DNA of 64,000 bases from a bacterium (lineage in GTDB: Bacteria; UBA8248; JACPRG01; G963555815): assembly GCA_965261595.1 (NCBI GenBank), contig CBDHDG010000006.1:1664001-1728000 (forward strand), in the 5' to 3' direction. Positions 39,961 to 49,828 of this stretch are shown here, in pieces. The number at the start of each line of letters is the position of its first letter. Positions within the stretch are counted from its first letter, which is position 1. A model generated the notes under the pieces. That model did not search any database and was not told the origin of the DNA. It saw nothing but the letters and a program-made list of their open reading frames with translations. The position numbers and the translations under genes are program-made.

Positions 39961-41634
39961 GTGGTGTTGTGGATCATTTTGGCGATCGTGTTTGTCGTGG
40001 CCGCGCTTGCGATTCCTCGAAGGTTTCCCGATCCATCGGCAAAGAACGCCATCAGGGTGGTGTGCGGAATTCTCGCCCTGTTCCTCGTATTCTCCACCTC
40101 ATACGTGCATGTCGGGGCCGATGAGGTCGGCCACCTCAAGAAAATTTATTTCGGGCGGTCACTGCCGCCGGGAAAGATCATCGCCGTAAACGGAGAGAAA
40201 GGACCCCAGGCGGAGATCTTGCCGCCGGGTTTCCATTTCCGGCCCTTGCTCAACATCATTTACGATGTCGAGAAAAGGCCGATCATCGAAATTTCTGCAG
40301 GGAAATACGGATTTCTTACGGCAAGGGACGGCCGTCCGCTGAGAAAGGAACAATTTTTCGCGGAAGGATGGCCGGAGGTGGAATTCGTCCAGATGGCTCA
40401 GGATGCGGCGCAATTCATCAAGAAAGGGGGGCAGAAGGGACCTCAGCTCACGGTGCTGAAACCGGGACGATACCGGGTGAATCAGTACCTGTTCGAAGTG
40501 AAGCTGGACGTTGCGACGAGTATCGCGCCCGGCACGGTCGGCGTGGTCAAGTCCAACGTCCAGGAGCGGAAAGAGTGCAAACCACTGAAAACCGGGGGTG
40601 AAGGTGCGCTTTCGGCGCCTCTGGTGCCGAAATTCTGCATCGGCGTGTGGAACGAGCCCCTCTTTCCCGGAAAGTATTATCTAAACCGCAGCGCCTATGA
40701 AGTCACAATCATCAGCACCCGGGTGCGTGCATGGACGTATAAGGGGGGATACACGAAGCGCAGAATCGACCTCACCCTGGATCAAGAGGGCAAGATTTCC
40801 CAGAGCTTAAGGAGCGTGGGGATTCCCGTCCCGCAGAACGCGGCCGATTCCGCAATCCTGATCCGGGTCGAAGGCTGGGAGATTCCCCTGGAGCTTCGGG
40901 TCCTGGTGCAGATTGCGCCCGAAAACGCCCCGTTCGTCGTCGCCTCGGTCGGCGGCCTGGATAAGGTCGAGAATGCTGTCCTGACCCCGGCGCTGCGAAG
41001 TGTCGTCAGAAATGTCCTGGGCGCGAAGGGGCGGAAGGTCCTGGAGCTTCAGGACCAGCGGGCCGATCTCGAGGCCCTGGTCGAGTCGAAGATCCGGCCC
41101 GAAGGCGGGAAGGCCGGCATCTCCATCAACGAAGTCCGCTTTGCCGACCCCGTCATTCCGCCGGTGCTCCTGGTCACTTGGCGCCGTGAGCAGCTCGCCG
41201 AGCGACTCAGGCGAACCTACCAAAGAGAGCAGGCCGCGCAAGAGGAACGCATCAAGACCGAAAACACAAGGGCGCGGGCCGATAGACAGTCGCAGATCGT
41301 CGGGGCCGAGATTGCGGTGAAGGTGGCCGAACAGCGAAGGCAGGCGGCGAAACTGGAAGGCGAAGGCGAGAAGCTTCGCCTCCTGGAGATCGCCGCCGGC
41401 CAGCGGGCGCAGGTCGATGTGCTGGGAAAGGACCGCGTGTTGCAGTTGGCCCTGCTCGAAAAAATGCTCGCCGCCGCCGTAAAGAATCCGGCGCTGGTTA
41501 AGGTTCCCAACGTCCTGGTGCAGGGTGGGGGAGGAGGCCTCGCGGGCGCCGCTGCCATCCTTGGTCAGAGTAATCTGGTGCAGGGATTGGTCCGCCGCGC
41601 TCCGGTCGAAGGCTCCCCCACGAGGAAGAAGTAA
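39961..41634 (+). CDS. SPFH/band-7 (flotillin-like) membrane protein with repeated N-terminal modules and C-terminal coiled coil
   Basis: Two TM helices; repeats GEKGPQAEILPPG / GQKGPQLTVLKPG / GVWNEPLFPG; SPFH core (EGWEIPLELRV...LRSVVRN...INEVR). Confidence 0.8.
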   Translation: MVLWIILAIVFVVAALAIPRRFPDPSAKNAIRVVCGILALFLVFSTSYVHVGADEVGHLKKIYFGRSLPPGKIIAVNGEKGPQAEILPPGFHFRPLLNIIYDVEKRPIIEISAGKYGFLTARDGRPLRKEQFFAEGWPEVEFVQMAQDAAQFIKKGGQKGPQLTVLKPGRYRVNQYLFEVKLDVATSIAPGTVGVVKSNVQERKECKPLKTGGEGALSAPLVPKFCIGVWNEPLFPGKYYLNRSAYEVTIISTRVRAWTYKGGYTKRRIDLTLDQEGKISQSLRSVGIPVPQNAADSAILIRVEGWEIPLELRVLVQIAPENAPFVVASVGGLDKVENAVLTPALRSVVRNVLGAKGRKVLELQDQRADLEALVESKIRPEGGKAGISINEVRFADPVIPPVLLVTWRREQLAERLRRTYQREQAAQEERIKTENTRARADRQSQIVGAEIAVKVAEQRRQAAKLEGEGEKLRLLEIAAGQRAQVDVLGKDRVLQLALLEKMLAAAVKNPALVKVPNVLVQGGGGGLAGAAAILGQSNLVQGLVRRAPVEGSPTRKK

Positions 41635-42029
41635 CCTGGATTTCGCAGGACCCGTTTTTTTTTGCTGCCGGACGCCAATTCGCAGGTTGCGGAAAAACCG
41701 CCCACGCGGGGAGATTTCCAGAACGCCTCGTTTTCAGGATGTAGCGCGGCTCCTTGCGGGCGCCCGTGAGGGCTTGCTCTGCCATCGCTGGAAAGGATCA
41801 ATGAATCGGTGGGTGACCCTCCCAACGCAAAAATCGGGCGGACGCGGGGTCAACCGACCCTCGGCCTTCTCCCCCCCAAGGAGTCGCAATCCCGAAGGAT
41901 TCGTATCCGAAAAGGTCCGACGGTCCTGAGGAAGATCGTTTTTCAGCACCCCGCGAGTACGGATTCCTCGCCGGCCCCTTACACAGGGTTCGGGTCGGCC
42001 GTTGGCCGGCTCACCGGAATGACACAGAG

Positions 42030-42464
42030 TCAGGTTCTGCGCGACCCCTGCGGCCGGTATGCGATCTTGGGCCACCGGGTCCACGGTTCCTCTTCGAACC
42101 GGACCCGGCCGAGGGACTTCAGGTTTTCCAGGACGGCCCGGGTCTCGCGGACGAAGGCCGGCAGGTCGATGGGGACGTCGGGGTCGCCCAGAACCTCCAG
42201 CTTGGAGAGTCCTTTCTGGAGGTTCAAGACGGCCGGCGCGTGCCACACCTTCTGAATCTTGACGAATCCGGCCGCGACCTGAATCAGGCCCTGATAGAAG
42301 AGCCGCTCGGTCGGGTTTCCCTCCCGCCAGAGGTCTTCCCAGGCTTCGTGGGATTCCCAGTATTCGCCGCCGTTGAAAAGCGCCACCCCTTCCCGCGCCC
42401 GGCCGGGGAACGAGATGGGGTCGTCGTAGACCTCCCGGTTTTCCGGTTTTGAGCGTTCAGGCAA
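42030..42464 (-). CDS. DUF309 family protein
   Basis: GVALFNGGEYWESHEAWEDLW...QGLIQVAA. Confidence 0.88.
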   Translation of the reverse strand: MPERSKPENREVYDDPISFPGRAREGVALFNGGEYWESHEAWEDLWREGNPTERLFYQGLIQVAAGFVKIQKVWHAPAVLNLQKGLSKLEVLGDPDVPIDLPAFVRETRAVLENLKSLGRVRFEEEPWTRWPKIAYRPQGSRRT

Positions 42465-42469
42465 CGGTT

Positions 42470-43288
42470 CTATCCCTTCGGCGCCTTGCCGAAGCCGACG
42501 ACGTCCTCTCCGCCGTCCACGCCGATCACGTTGCCGGTCATCCAGTTCGTCCCTTCTTTGCAGAAAACGGTGATGGCGGCGCCGATGTCCTCCGGCGTGG
42601 TCAGGCGGCCCCCGGGGTTTCTCTGCCGGGTGACTTCGATCATCATCTCGTGGCCGGGGATCATCCGAAGGGCCGGGGTGTCCGTTACGCCCGCCCGGAT
42701 GGAATTGGCCGTGATCCCCCGGGTGGCGAGCTCGGCGGCGAGCTGGCGGATGTGGGACTCCAGAGCGGCCTTGGCGGCCGATATGGCCCCGTAGTTCGGG
42801 ATGACCCGGTGTCCCCCCTCGCTCGTCATGGCGAAGATCCGGCCGCCGCGTCCCATGAGGCCCCGGTGGACGATGTCCTGCGTCCAGTACACCAGGCTGT
42901 GCGCCATCACGTCCAGCGTCATCTCCATCTGTTTCTGCGTCATGGTTCCGGAAGGGTCGTCGGCGATGTAGAGCCTGAGGGCGCCGAAGGCGAGGGAGTG
43001 AAGGAACGCCTTGAGGGTTCCGCCCCCCGCCTCCTCAAAGGCCGCGGCCGTCGCGTCCAGGACCTCCGCCCGCTTTTCCGGGTCGGCGGCGTTCACGTTG
43101 AAAAAGAGGGCCTTCCTCCCCATCCCGATGATCTCGTCCCGAACCGCCTCGGCCAGCGGGCGGGTCTTCTTGCGGTCCAGGTGGACGCCGATGATGTTCA
43201 TCCCGTCTTTGGCCAAGGCCCGGGCCGTCGCGCCGCCGAAGCCGCTGGACGCGCCCAGGATCAAGGCCCAAGGTTCTCCGTTCGACAT
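42470..43288 (-). CDS. SDR oxidoreductase, FabL/FabI-like enoyl-ACP reductase
   Basis: LGASSGFG, YGAISAAKAALE, TDTPAL, WMTGNVIGVDGG. Confidence 0.85.
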   Translation of the reverse strand: MSNGEPWALILGASSGFGGATARALAKDGMNIIGVHLDRKKTRPLAEAVRDEIIGMGRKALFFNVNAADPEKRAEVLDATAAAFEEAGGGTLKAFLHSLAFGALRLYIADDPSGTMTQKQMEMTLDVMAHSLVYWTQDIVHRGLMGRGGRIFAMTSEGGHRVIPNYGAISAAKAALESHIRQLAAELATRGITANSIRAGVTDTPALRMIPGHEMMIEVTRQRNPGGRLTTPEDIGAAITVFCKEGTNWMTGNVIGVDGGEDVVGFGKAPKG

Positions 43289-43315
43289 GAGGATTCGACT
43301 CCTTTCGGTCTTTTC

Positions 43316-44852
43316 TCAGACCTGATTATAGCGATGAAGCCGGGGCGCGGTGACGCCGGCCTCCTGTTCCCACCCCCGGCTGTGGCGACGGATTCCCTCC
43401 AGAACCGGCGCGAAGAATTCCAAGTCCTTCCCCAGCCGTTTATATCTCTTCCGCGCCGTCTCGCGGAACCTTCGGCCGGTATCCGCCTCGTTCACCCGAA
43501 CGCTCTTTCCCTCCCGCCGGACGACCTCGCCTTGGGTGAGGACCGTGTGGACGTCCCTGGGTCCTTGGCATCTGTGAAGGAGGATCGTCCACGGATCGAG
43601 GTCCGGATGGGAAGCCGGGTCGTCGAAGATCCGTCTTCCGTCGAGGATGACGATGTCGGCGGTCTTGCCTTCCTCCAGGCTGCCCAGGCCGTCGTGCATC
43701 GCGATCCGGTTGCCTTCCTGAATTCCGCGCGTGAACCATTCCTCGGCCGGGATCGGCTCCCAGTCGATCGAGGGCGGCCGCGCCAGGAACCAGCCGAGGC
43801 GCATTTCGGTCCAGATGTCGTTATCGTCGTTGAAGGCGGAGCCGTCCGTCCCCATGGCGAACCGGACTCCCTCCCTGCGCATCACGGAGACAGGTGCGAT
43901 CCCGCTGACCAATTTAAGGTTCGACGTCGGACAATGGACGATGGCCGTTCCGGTGTCGGCGATCATCCGGATATCCTCTTCCGGGGGCCAAACGAAATGG
44001 GCGAAGCTGACTTCCGGACCCAGAAAGCCGATTGCCTGGAGGTGAGAAGCAACGCTCTGGCCCAACTGTCTGGGTCCATACATCATCTCATACCGGGATT
44101 CGGCGACGTGAATCTGGATGCCGGTCCCCGCCTCCGCCGCCTTTTTCTTGATGCGCTTCAGCAGGCCGTCGGATGCCCACTGTACGCCCAAAGGGGTGAG
44201 GAAGATCCGAATCAGGCCGTCCTTGCCGTTGAACTCACCGTAGATCCCGTCGAACACCCGGAAGTATTCATCCAGGTCCGGAGGCGCCAGGAACGCTTCC
44301 GCCCACTTCCGTTGGGCCGCCGGCAGGCCCATGAGGAAAGGCCCGTGGTCTCCATAGACGAAGGGATTCTGATCCCCCATCGAAACACCGAACGACATTC
44401 GAACTCCGGCGTCCAGGTATGCCTGGATGGCGGCCGGGAGCCCCCACCGGGGCAGGTGCGGAGCTGGTCGGGGGAAAATCCACCACCGTAGTCACACCGG
44501 ACCGCTGGAGCTCCAGGGCGGACCAGAGGGTGTACAGGTAGATCTCCTCTTCGGTCATTTCCGCGCGATAGCTCCCGAAGATCAGCGGGAGCCACCTCTC
44601 CAGAGGCAAATCTCTCAGCCCGTCGCGGATGCTGTTCCCCGCGTGATGGTGGGCGCTGACCAGGCCGGGCATGGCCACGTCGCGCTCCAGAGATCCCAGC
44701 GTTTCGTCAAAGGGGCCGCGGGCGGACAACGCGTCGTGGGGGCCGACGGCCTCGACCTTGCCTCCATCCACGATGACCGCGCCTTCGCGGATGACGTCTT
44801 CGCGGTCCCGGAGCGTCAGGACGCGGTTGGCGCGAATCAGGATTCGGCTCAT
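43316..44852 (-). CDS. Amidohydrolase (paralog 1), frameshift near 44470
   Basis: ORFs 44268-44852 and 43316-44398 join by removing 1 nt in TTTCCCCCGA; colinear with the adjacent paralog. Confidence 0.8.
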
Positions 44853-45005
44853 GGGCGTCTCCGAAATCTTGTGAAGGACATCATTCGGAGCAATCGAGTG
44901 CGGTCACTTCCGCCGACCGGCAGGCCGGGCGTTTGGGTCGGTTGACCCCTTGCCCGGCCGCAAGGCTCCTTCCGAGCCGCGGGGATGACTCATTTGGAGC
45001 AGCCA

Positions 45006-46541
45006 TCAGATCTGGTTGTAACGATGAAGCTTCGGGTCCGGCACATCGGTCTCCCGTTCCCAGACCTGGAAATACTTGTGGATGCCTTCGATGATCGGCT
45101 CGAAGAACGGCTTGTCTTTTTTGAGCCGCGCGTGCCGGTCCTCGAGCAGTCCGGCCAGCCTGCGGCCGATGTCCGCCTCGTCCACGAGGACGTTCTTCCC
45201 CTCCCGCCGGACGACCTCGCCCTTGGTCAGGACGGTGTGAACGTCCCTGTGCCCCTGGCACCGGTGGAGGAGGACCGCCCAGGGATCGAGGTCCGGATAG
45301 GAAACCGGGTCGTCGAAAATACGCCGGCCGTCCAGGATGGTGATGTCCGCGGTCTTGCCTTCCTCCAGGCTGCCCAGGCCGTCGTGCATCGCGATCCGGT
45401 TGCCTTCCTGAATTCCGCGCGTGAACCATTCCTTGGCCGGGATCGGCTCCCAGTCGATCGAGGGCGGCCGCGCCAGGAACCAGCCGAGGCGCATTTCGGT
45501 CCAGATGTCGTTGTCGTCGTTGAAGCTCGAGCCGTCGGTGCCGAAGGCGAACCGGAGGCCCATCTCCCGCATTGTTGCGATCGGGCAGATCCCGCTGGCC
45601 AGCTTGACGTTCTGGGTGGGGTTGTGGGTGATGGCCGTTCCGGTGTCCACGAGAATTTGGATGTCCTCCCGGGTCGGCCAGATGGAGTGGGCGAAGCTGA
45701 CCTCCGGGCCGAGGAAGCCGATGTCGTTCAGGTGGCCGATGGTGCTCGTTCCCAGCAGCTTGGGGCCGTACATCATCTGGTAGCGCGACTCGACGACGTG
45801 GATCTGAAGGCCCGTCCCCAGCTCATTCGCTTTCTTCTTGGCGCGCTTCAGCAGGTCGTCCGAGGTCCACTGGACGCCCAGGGGCGTGACGAAGACCCGG
45901 ACGGTGTCGTTCTTGCCGTTGAACTCGGCGTGCACGTCATCCACGACCCGAAAGTATTCGTCCAGGTCGGGCGCGCCCATGAAACCTTCCGCCCACTCCC
46001 GCTGGGCCTGGGGCAGCCCGTTGAGGAACTCCGTGTGATCGCCGTATACGAAGGGATTCTGGTCCCGCGTCGATACGCCGAACGAGACCCGGATCCCCGC
46101 GTCGAGGTATGCCTGGATGCAGGGCGGGAACCCCCACCGGGGGAGGTTCATCGAGGGCGCGTGGAAATCCACCACCGTGGTGACGCCGCACCGCTGAAGC
46201 TCCAGAGCGGACCAGAGGCTGCGCAGGTAGGTCTCCTCCTCGGTCATCCCGACGCGATAGCTTCCGAAGATGAGCGGAACCCACATCTCCAAGGGGACGT
46301 CCGACAGCCCGTCGCGGACGTTGTTTCCCGCGTGATGGTGGGCGCTGACCATTCCGGGAATGACGACGTCGTGGTCGAGGGAGCCCAGCTCTTCGTCGAA
46401 GGGGCCGCGGGAGGACAGGTCGTCGTGGGCGCCGACCGCTTCGATCGCGCCGTCGGCCACGATCACCGCGCCCTTGCGAATGAGATCATCGCCGTCCTGA
46501 AGTGTCAGGACGCGGTCGCCTCGGATGAGGATTCGGCTCAT
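45006..46541 (-). CDS. Amidohydrolase (paralog 2)
   Basis: PGMVSAHHH, QIHVVES, SFAHS, HNPTQN, FGTDG. Confidence 0.88.
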   Translation of the reverse strand: MSRILIRGDRVLTLQDGDDLIRKGAVIVADGAIEAVGAHDDLSSRGPFDEELGSLDHDVVIPGMVSAHHHAGNNVRDGLSDVPLEMWVPLIFGSYRVGMTEEETYLRSLWSALELQRCGVTTVVDFHAPSMNLPRWGFPPCIQAYLDAGIRVSFGVSTRDQNPFVYGDHTEFLNGLPQAQREWAEGFMGAPDLDEYFRVVDDVHAEFNGKNDTVRVFVTPLGVQWTSDDLLKRAKKKANELGTGLQIHVVESRYQMMYGPKLLGTSTIGHLNDIGFLGPEVSFAHSIWPTREDIQILVDTGTAITHNPTQNVKLASGICPIATMREMGLRFAFGTDGSSFNDDNDIWTEMRLGWFLARPPSIDWEPIPAKEWFTRGIQEGNRIAMHDGLGSLEEGKTADITILDGRRIFDDPVSYPDLDPWAVLLHRCQGHRDVHTVLTKGEVVRREGKNVLVDEADIGRRLAGLLEDRHARLKKDKPFFEPIIEGIHKYFQVWERETDVPDPKLHRYNQI

Positions 46542-46807
46542 TGGAATCTCCAGTCAGGGAAGGTCGAACGGGATTCGGATCGCATAATTTGACTCATGAA
46601 TTCTCCACCATGCCGTTGAAGGGTGTCAAATGGAAGGGGCCGGAGCCTTGGGGTGAGGGGTTGACCCCCTTCTCCCCGATTCACCGGGCCTCGACATCGC
46701 TCTTCCTCCAGGGATACATTCATCCCCCCACTCCCCCCTTGGCCGGGAAGGCTCGGTTGAAAGGGGGCGAGTGAATTTTCCTGACCATGCGAGAGAGGAG
46801 GTCGGAA

Positions 46808-47203
46808 ATGCCGAAGGAGGTGCTTTGTCCGAGAAACCTGAGCTTTCTTCCCAAGCCCGAGTACCCGTATTCTCCCGGAACCCGGGGCGGGCGACTCGTT
46901 TACACTTCGGGGCAGGTGGCTTGGGATGAAGGCGGCGCCCTGGTGGGCGTGGGCGATGTGCGCGCCCAGACGGCCCAAGTTCTCAGAAACGTCGAATCCG
47001 TCCTGGCCGAGGGCGGCGCCGCGATGACGGACGTCCTCAAGTGCAACGTCTTCCTGCCGGACATCCGACATTTCCAGGCGATGAACGAGGAGTTCGCCCG
47101 GGCCTTCCCCAAGGATCCGCCAGCCCGCACAACCGTCCAGGCCGTCCTGGCGGAGCCGGAGATGCTCGTCGAGATCGAGGCGATCGCGTATCTGGAGGAA
47201 TAA
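46808..47203 (+). CDS. RidA/YjgF family protein
   Basis: YS, SGQV, QT..VLRN, PPARTTV, VEIEAIA. Confidence 0.92.
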   Translation: MPKEVLCPRNLSFLPKPEYPYSPGTRGGRLVYTSGQVAWDEGGALVGVGDVRAQTAQVLRNVESVLAEGGAAMTDVLKCNVFLPDIRHFQAMNEEFARAFPKDPPARTTVQAVLAEPEMLVEIEAIAYLEE

Positions 47204-47349
47204 GCGGATCCCCCGCCTTCCCCGGTCCCGGTCTCGCGGGGAATGGCTGAGGGCGGCCGCGAACCGGACCGAAAGCGCCGCGGCCCCCCTCCCCTCGGGA
47301 CTGGAAGGGGAGGAGGGGGGCGCGGGAAGTCGCTCTGTCACGCCTTACG

Positions 47350-48144
47350 CTAAAACGCCAAGTCGTTCATCCAGGGCGCATTGTACTTCTTCGCCAGCTC
47401 CAAAAGCTTGCCGTTGGCGATGAGCTGGTTGAGGGCGGTGTTGACGAAGTTCAGGATGTCCTGGTCGGCCTTGTTCATCGCCCAGGCAACCATGTTCTTG
47501 CTGTAAATCGTGCCGCCCATCGCCGGTTGGATGCCCGACTGGGCCGCCAGCGCGTGGTTGGCCGCGATGGAGTCGCCGATGGAGATGTCGACTTTTCCCG
47601 TCACGATCTGAAGCATCGTCATTTCTTCCGTCTTGACGACCCGCAGCTTGGCCTTGGGGGCGACCTTTTTGACCCACCCCATCTCGCCGGTTCCCTGGGT
47701 GACGCCGATGGTGATATTCGAGTTGTTCAGGTCCTCGGGCGTCTTGAACCGGTTGTCCCCTTTCTTCACCACGGCCTTGTATCCGAGGAGGTAAATCGGG
47801 CGGCTGAAGTTCACGACCACGGCCCGCGTCATTTTCGAATAGGTCGAGGCGATCGAGAGGTCAATCTGCCGGGACTGGATCCCCGCGATGAACGTGGCCC
47901 AGGCGAACTCCTTGAACACGCACTTGACCTTGATCGTCTTGCAGATGAACCGGGCGGCATCCACCATGACCCCTTTGTACTTGCCGGTCTTGGGGTCCTT
48001 GATGACATCGATGCTGAAGGGCACGACGCCGATGTTGAACACCTTCGACTTGACAATCTCCTGCATGCTTCTCGCGGCGGCGGGCGCAGCCGTCGAGACC
48101 GCCAATCCCAATGCCACGAACAGAACCGTCAGAGCACGAAACAT
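47350..48144 (-). CDS. Polar amino-acid ABC transporter substrate-binding protein
   Basis: Signal peptide; SBP family 3 features (WATFIAGIQSRQID, NFSRP, IGVTQGT). Confidence 0.88.
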   Translation of the reverse strand: MFRALTVLFVALGLAVSTAAPAAARSMQEIVKSKVFNIGVVPFSIDVIKDPKTGKYKGVMVDAARFICKTIKVKCVFKEFAWATFIAGIQSRQIDLSIASTYSKMTRAVVVNFSRPIYLLGYKAVVKKGDNRFKTPEDLNNSNITIGVTQGTGEMGWVKKVAPKAKLRVVKTEEMTMLQIVTGKVDISIGDSIAANHALAAQSGIQPAMGGTIYSKNMVAWAMNKADQDILNFVNTALNQLIANGKLLELAKKYNAPWMNDLAF

Positions 48145-48250
48145 TCTTCCCTCCTTGCTTTCTTGTTGGACTTGCGTCCGTTGCCCCCATGGGGCGTTGA
48201 AAAGAACCGCCTGTCCTACGGTTGAAGCCCGCGTCCGAACGCGGGCCCCG

Positions 48251-49033
48251 TCAGAACTCCGCGTGCGCGATCAGCGAAAGGAACTCGCGAGTCCGCTGAT
48301 GGCTGGGGGTTTTCAGGACCTTCTCGGGCGGCCCCTCCTCCACGATCACCCCCTCGTCCATGAACACGACCCGGTCCGCCACCTTGGCGGCGAACCCCAT
48401 TTCATGGGTCACGACCAGCATCGTCATCCCCTCTTCGGCGAGCTGTTTCATCACGCTCAGGACCTCGTTCACCAGCTCGGGATCCAGGGCCGAGGTGACC
48501 TCGTCGAAGAGCATGATCCGGGGCTTCATGGCCAGCGCCCGGGCGATGGCCACGCGTTGCTGCTGTCCGCCCGACAAGCGCGAGGGGTATTCCTCGCGCT
48601 TGTCGGTCAACCCCACCTTGACGAGCAGCTCATCGGCTATCGTCTCGGCCTCGGCCCGCGAGAGCTTCTTCACCAGCCGGAGGGCCTCGATAATGTTGCC
48701 CAGGACGGAGCGGTGGGGCCAGAGGTTGAACTGCTGGAAAACCATCCCCACCTTCGTCTGCACCCTGCGCAGGGCGGCACCCTTCACCCGGCCCAGGCGG
48801 CCGTTTTGCTCCACCCGGCCCAGGAGATCGCCCTCCAGGTAGATCCGGCCTTCGAAGTCGTCCTCCAGGTAGGCGACGCACCGCAACAAGGTGCTCTTCC
48901 CGGAGCCGGAAGGCCCGATGATGCAGAGCACCTCCCCCCGGCCCACTTCCAGGCTCACCCCCCGCAGGACCTCCAGCGACCCGAAGCGCTTGTGCAGGTT
49001 CAGCAGCCGGACGACGGAGTCTCCCGCGGTCAT
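48251..49033 (-). CDS. Polar amino-acid ABC transporter ATP-binding protein
   Basis: [44 protein letters not shown]. Confidence 0.95.
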   Translation of the reverse strand: MTAGDSVVRLLNLHKRFGSLEVLRGVSLEVGRGEVLCIIGPSGSGKSTLLRCVAYLEDDFEGRIYLEGDLLGRVEQNGRLGRVKGAALRRVQTKVGMVFQQFNLWPHRSVLGNIIEALRLVKKLSRAEAETIADELLVKVGLTDKREEYPSRLSGGQQQRVAIARALAMKPRIMLFDEVTSALDPELVNEVLSVMKQLAEEGMTMLVVTHEMGFAAKVADRVVFMDEGVIVEEGPPEKVLKTPSHQRTREFLSLIAHAEF

Positions 49034-49036
49034 CGT

Positions 49037-49699
49037 TTACACCCTTCGCGCAAAGTAGATTTCCGCCCGCCGGGCGCAGAAGGCCACCGGGAAAATCAGC
49101 ACAAAGTAGACGATTCCCAGGACGGTGTACATCTCAAGCGGCCGGAAGTTGTTCATGATGACGTTGTCGACCGAGTGGAGCAGCTCGTAGACGCCGATCA
49201 CCGACGCCAGGGAGGTGAGTTTCAGGATGTCGGCGAAGTTGTTGACCAGGGGCGGGAGCATTCGGCGGAAGGCCTGGGGGAGGACAATCCGTCGCATGAT
49301 CTGAGCGTAGGTCATCCCCACGACCTTGGCCGCGTCCACCTGCCCTTTATCGACGGACGCGATTCCCGCCCGGACGATCTCGGCCACATAGGCGGACATG
49401 TGGATGGATAACGCCACGACGCAGGACCAGAAGGCCGTCAGCTTAATGCCAAATAGGATCGGGAAGCAATAAAAGATCCACACGATCTGCACCAGCAGGG
49501 GGGTGTCCCGAAGGATCTCCACATACCAGGAGGCGGGAAAGGCGATCCACCGGTTTTTGGTCTGTCGCGCAATCCCCACCATCAGCCCCAACGCCATGGA
49601 GAAGACCACTGCGTACAGGCTGAGGCCCACTGTGATGAGCGCTCCCCTCATGTACACCATCCGGAATTCCCAGACGGTATCGAAGTTCCAGTCGTACAT
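49037..49699 (-). CDS. Polar amino-acid ABC transporter permease
   Basis: RDTPLLVQ, SAYVAEIVRAGI, LPQAFR, KLTSL. Confidence 0.93.
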   Translation of the reverse strand: MYDWNFDTVWEFRMVYMRGALITVGLSLYAVVFSMALGLMVGIARQTKNRWIAFPASWYVEILRDTPLLVQIVWIFYCFPILFGIKLTAFWSCVVALSIHMSAYVAEIVRAGIASVDKGQVDAAKVVGMTYAQIMRRIVLPQAFRRMLPPLVNNFADILKLTSLASVIGVYELLHSVDNVIMNNFRPLEMYTVLGIVYFVLIFPVAFCARRAEIYFARRV

Positions 49700-49828
49700 G
49701 ACAGCCTCCCCGTTGCGGACCGCATTTCGCGCCGTTCAACGGTTTCGTCCGGCCGGGTTCACGCGGGGCCGACAGAACCATTGTCTTAAGCGCCCCGCTC
49801 TTTTCCTCGTCCGGCCCAAGGCCGGGGG

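Noticed and set aside
42449..49411. Long plus-strand ORFs (42449-44491, 44985-46592, 47888-49411) and similar antisense ORFs elsewhere
   Set aside because: Shadow frames of recognisable opposite-strand genes, expected at high GC; no motifs
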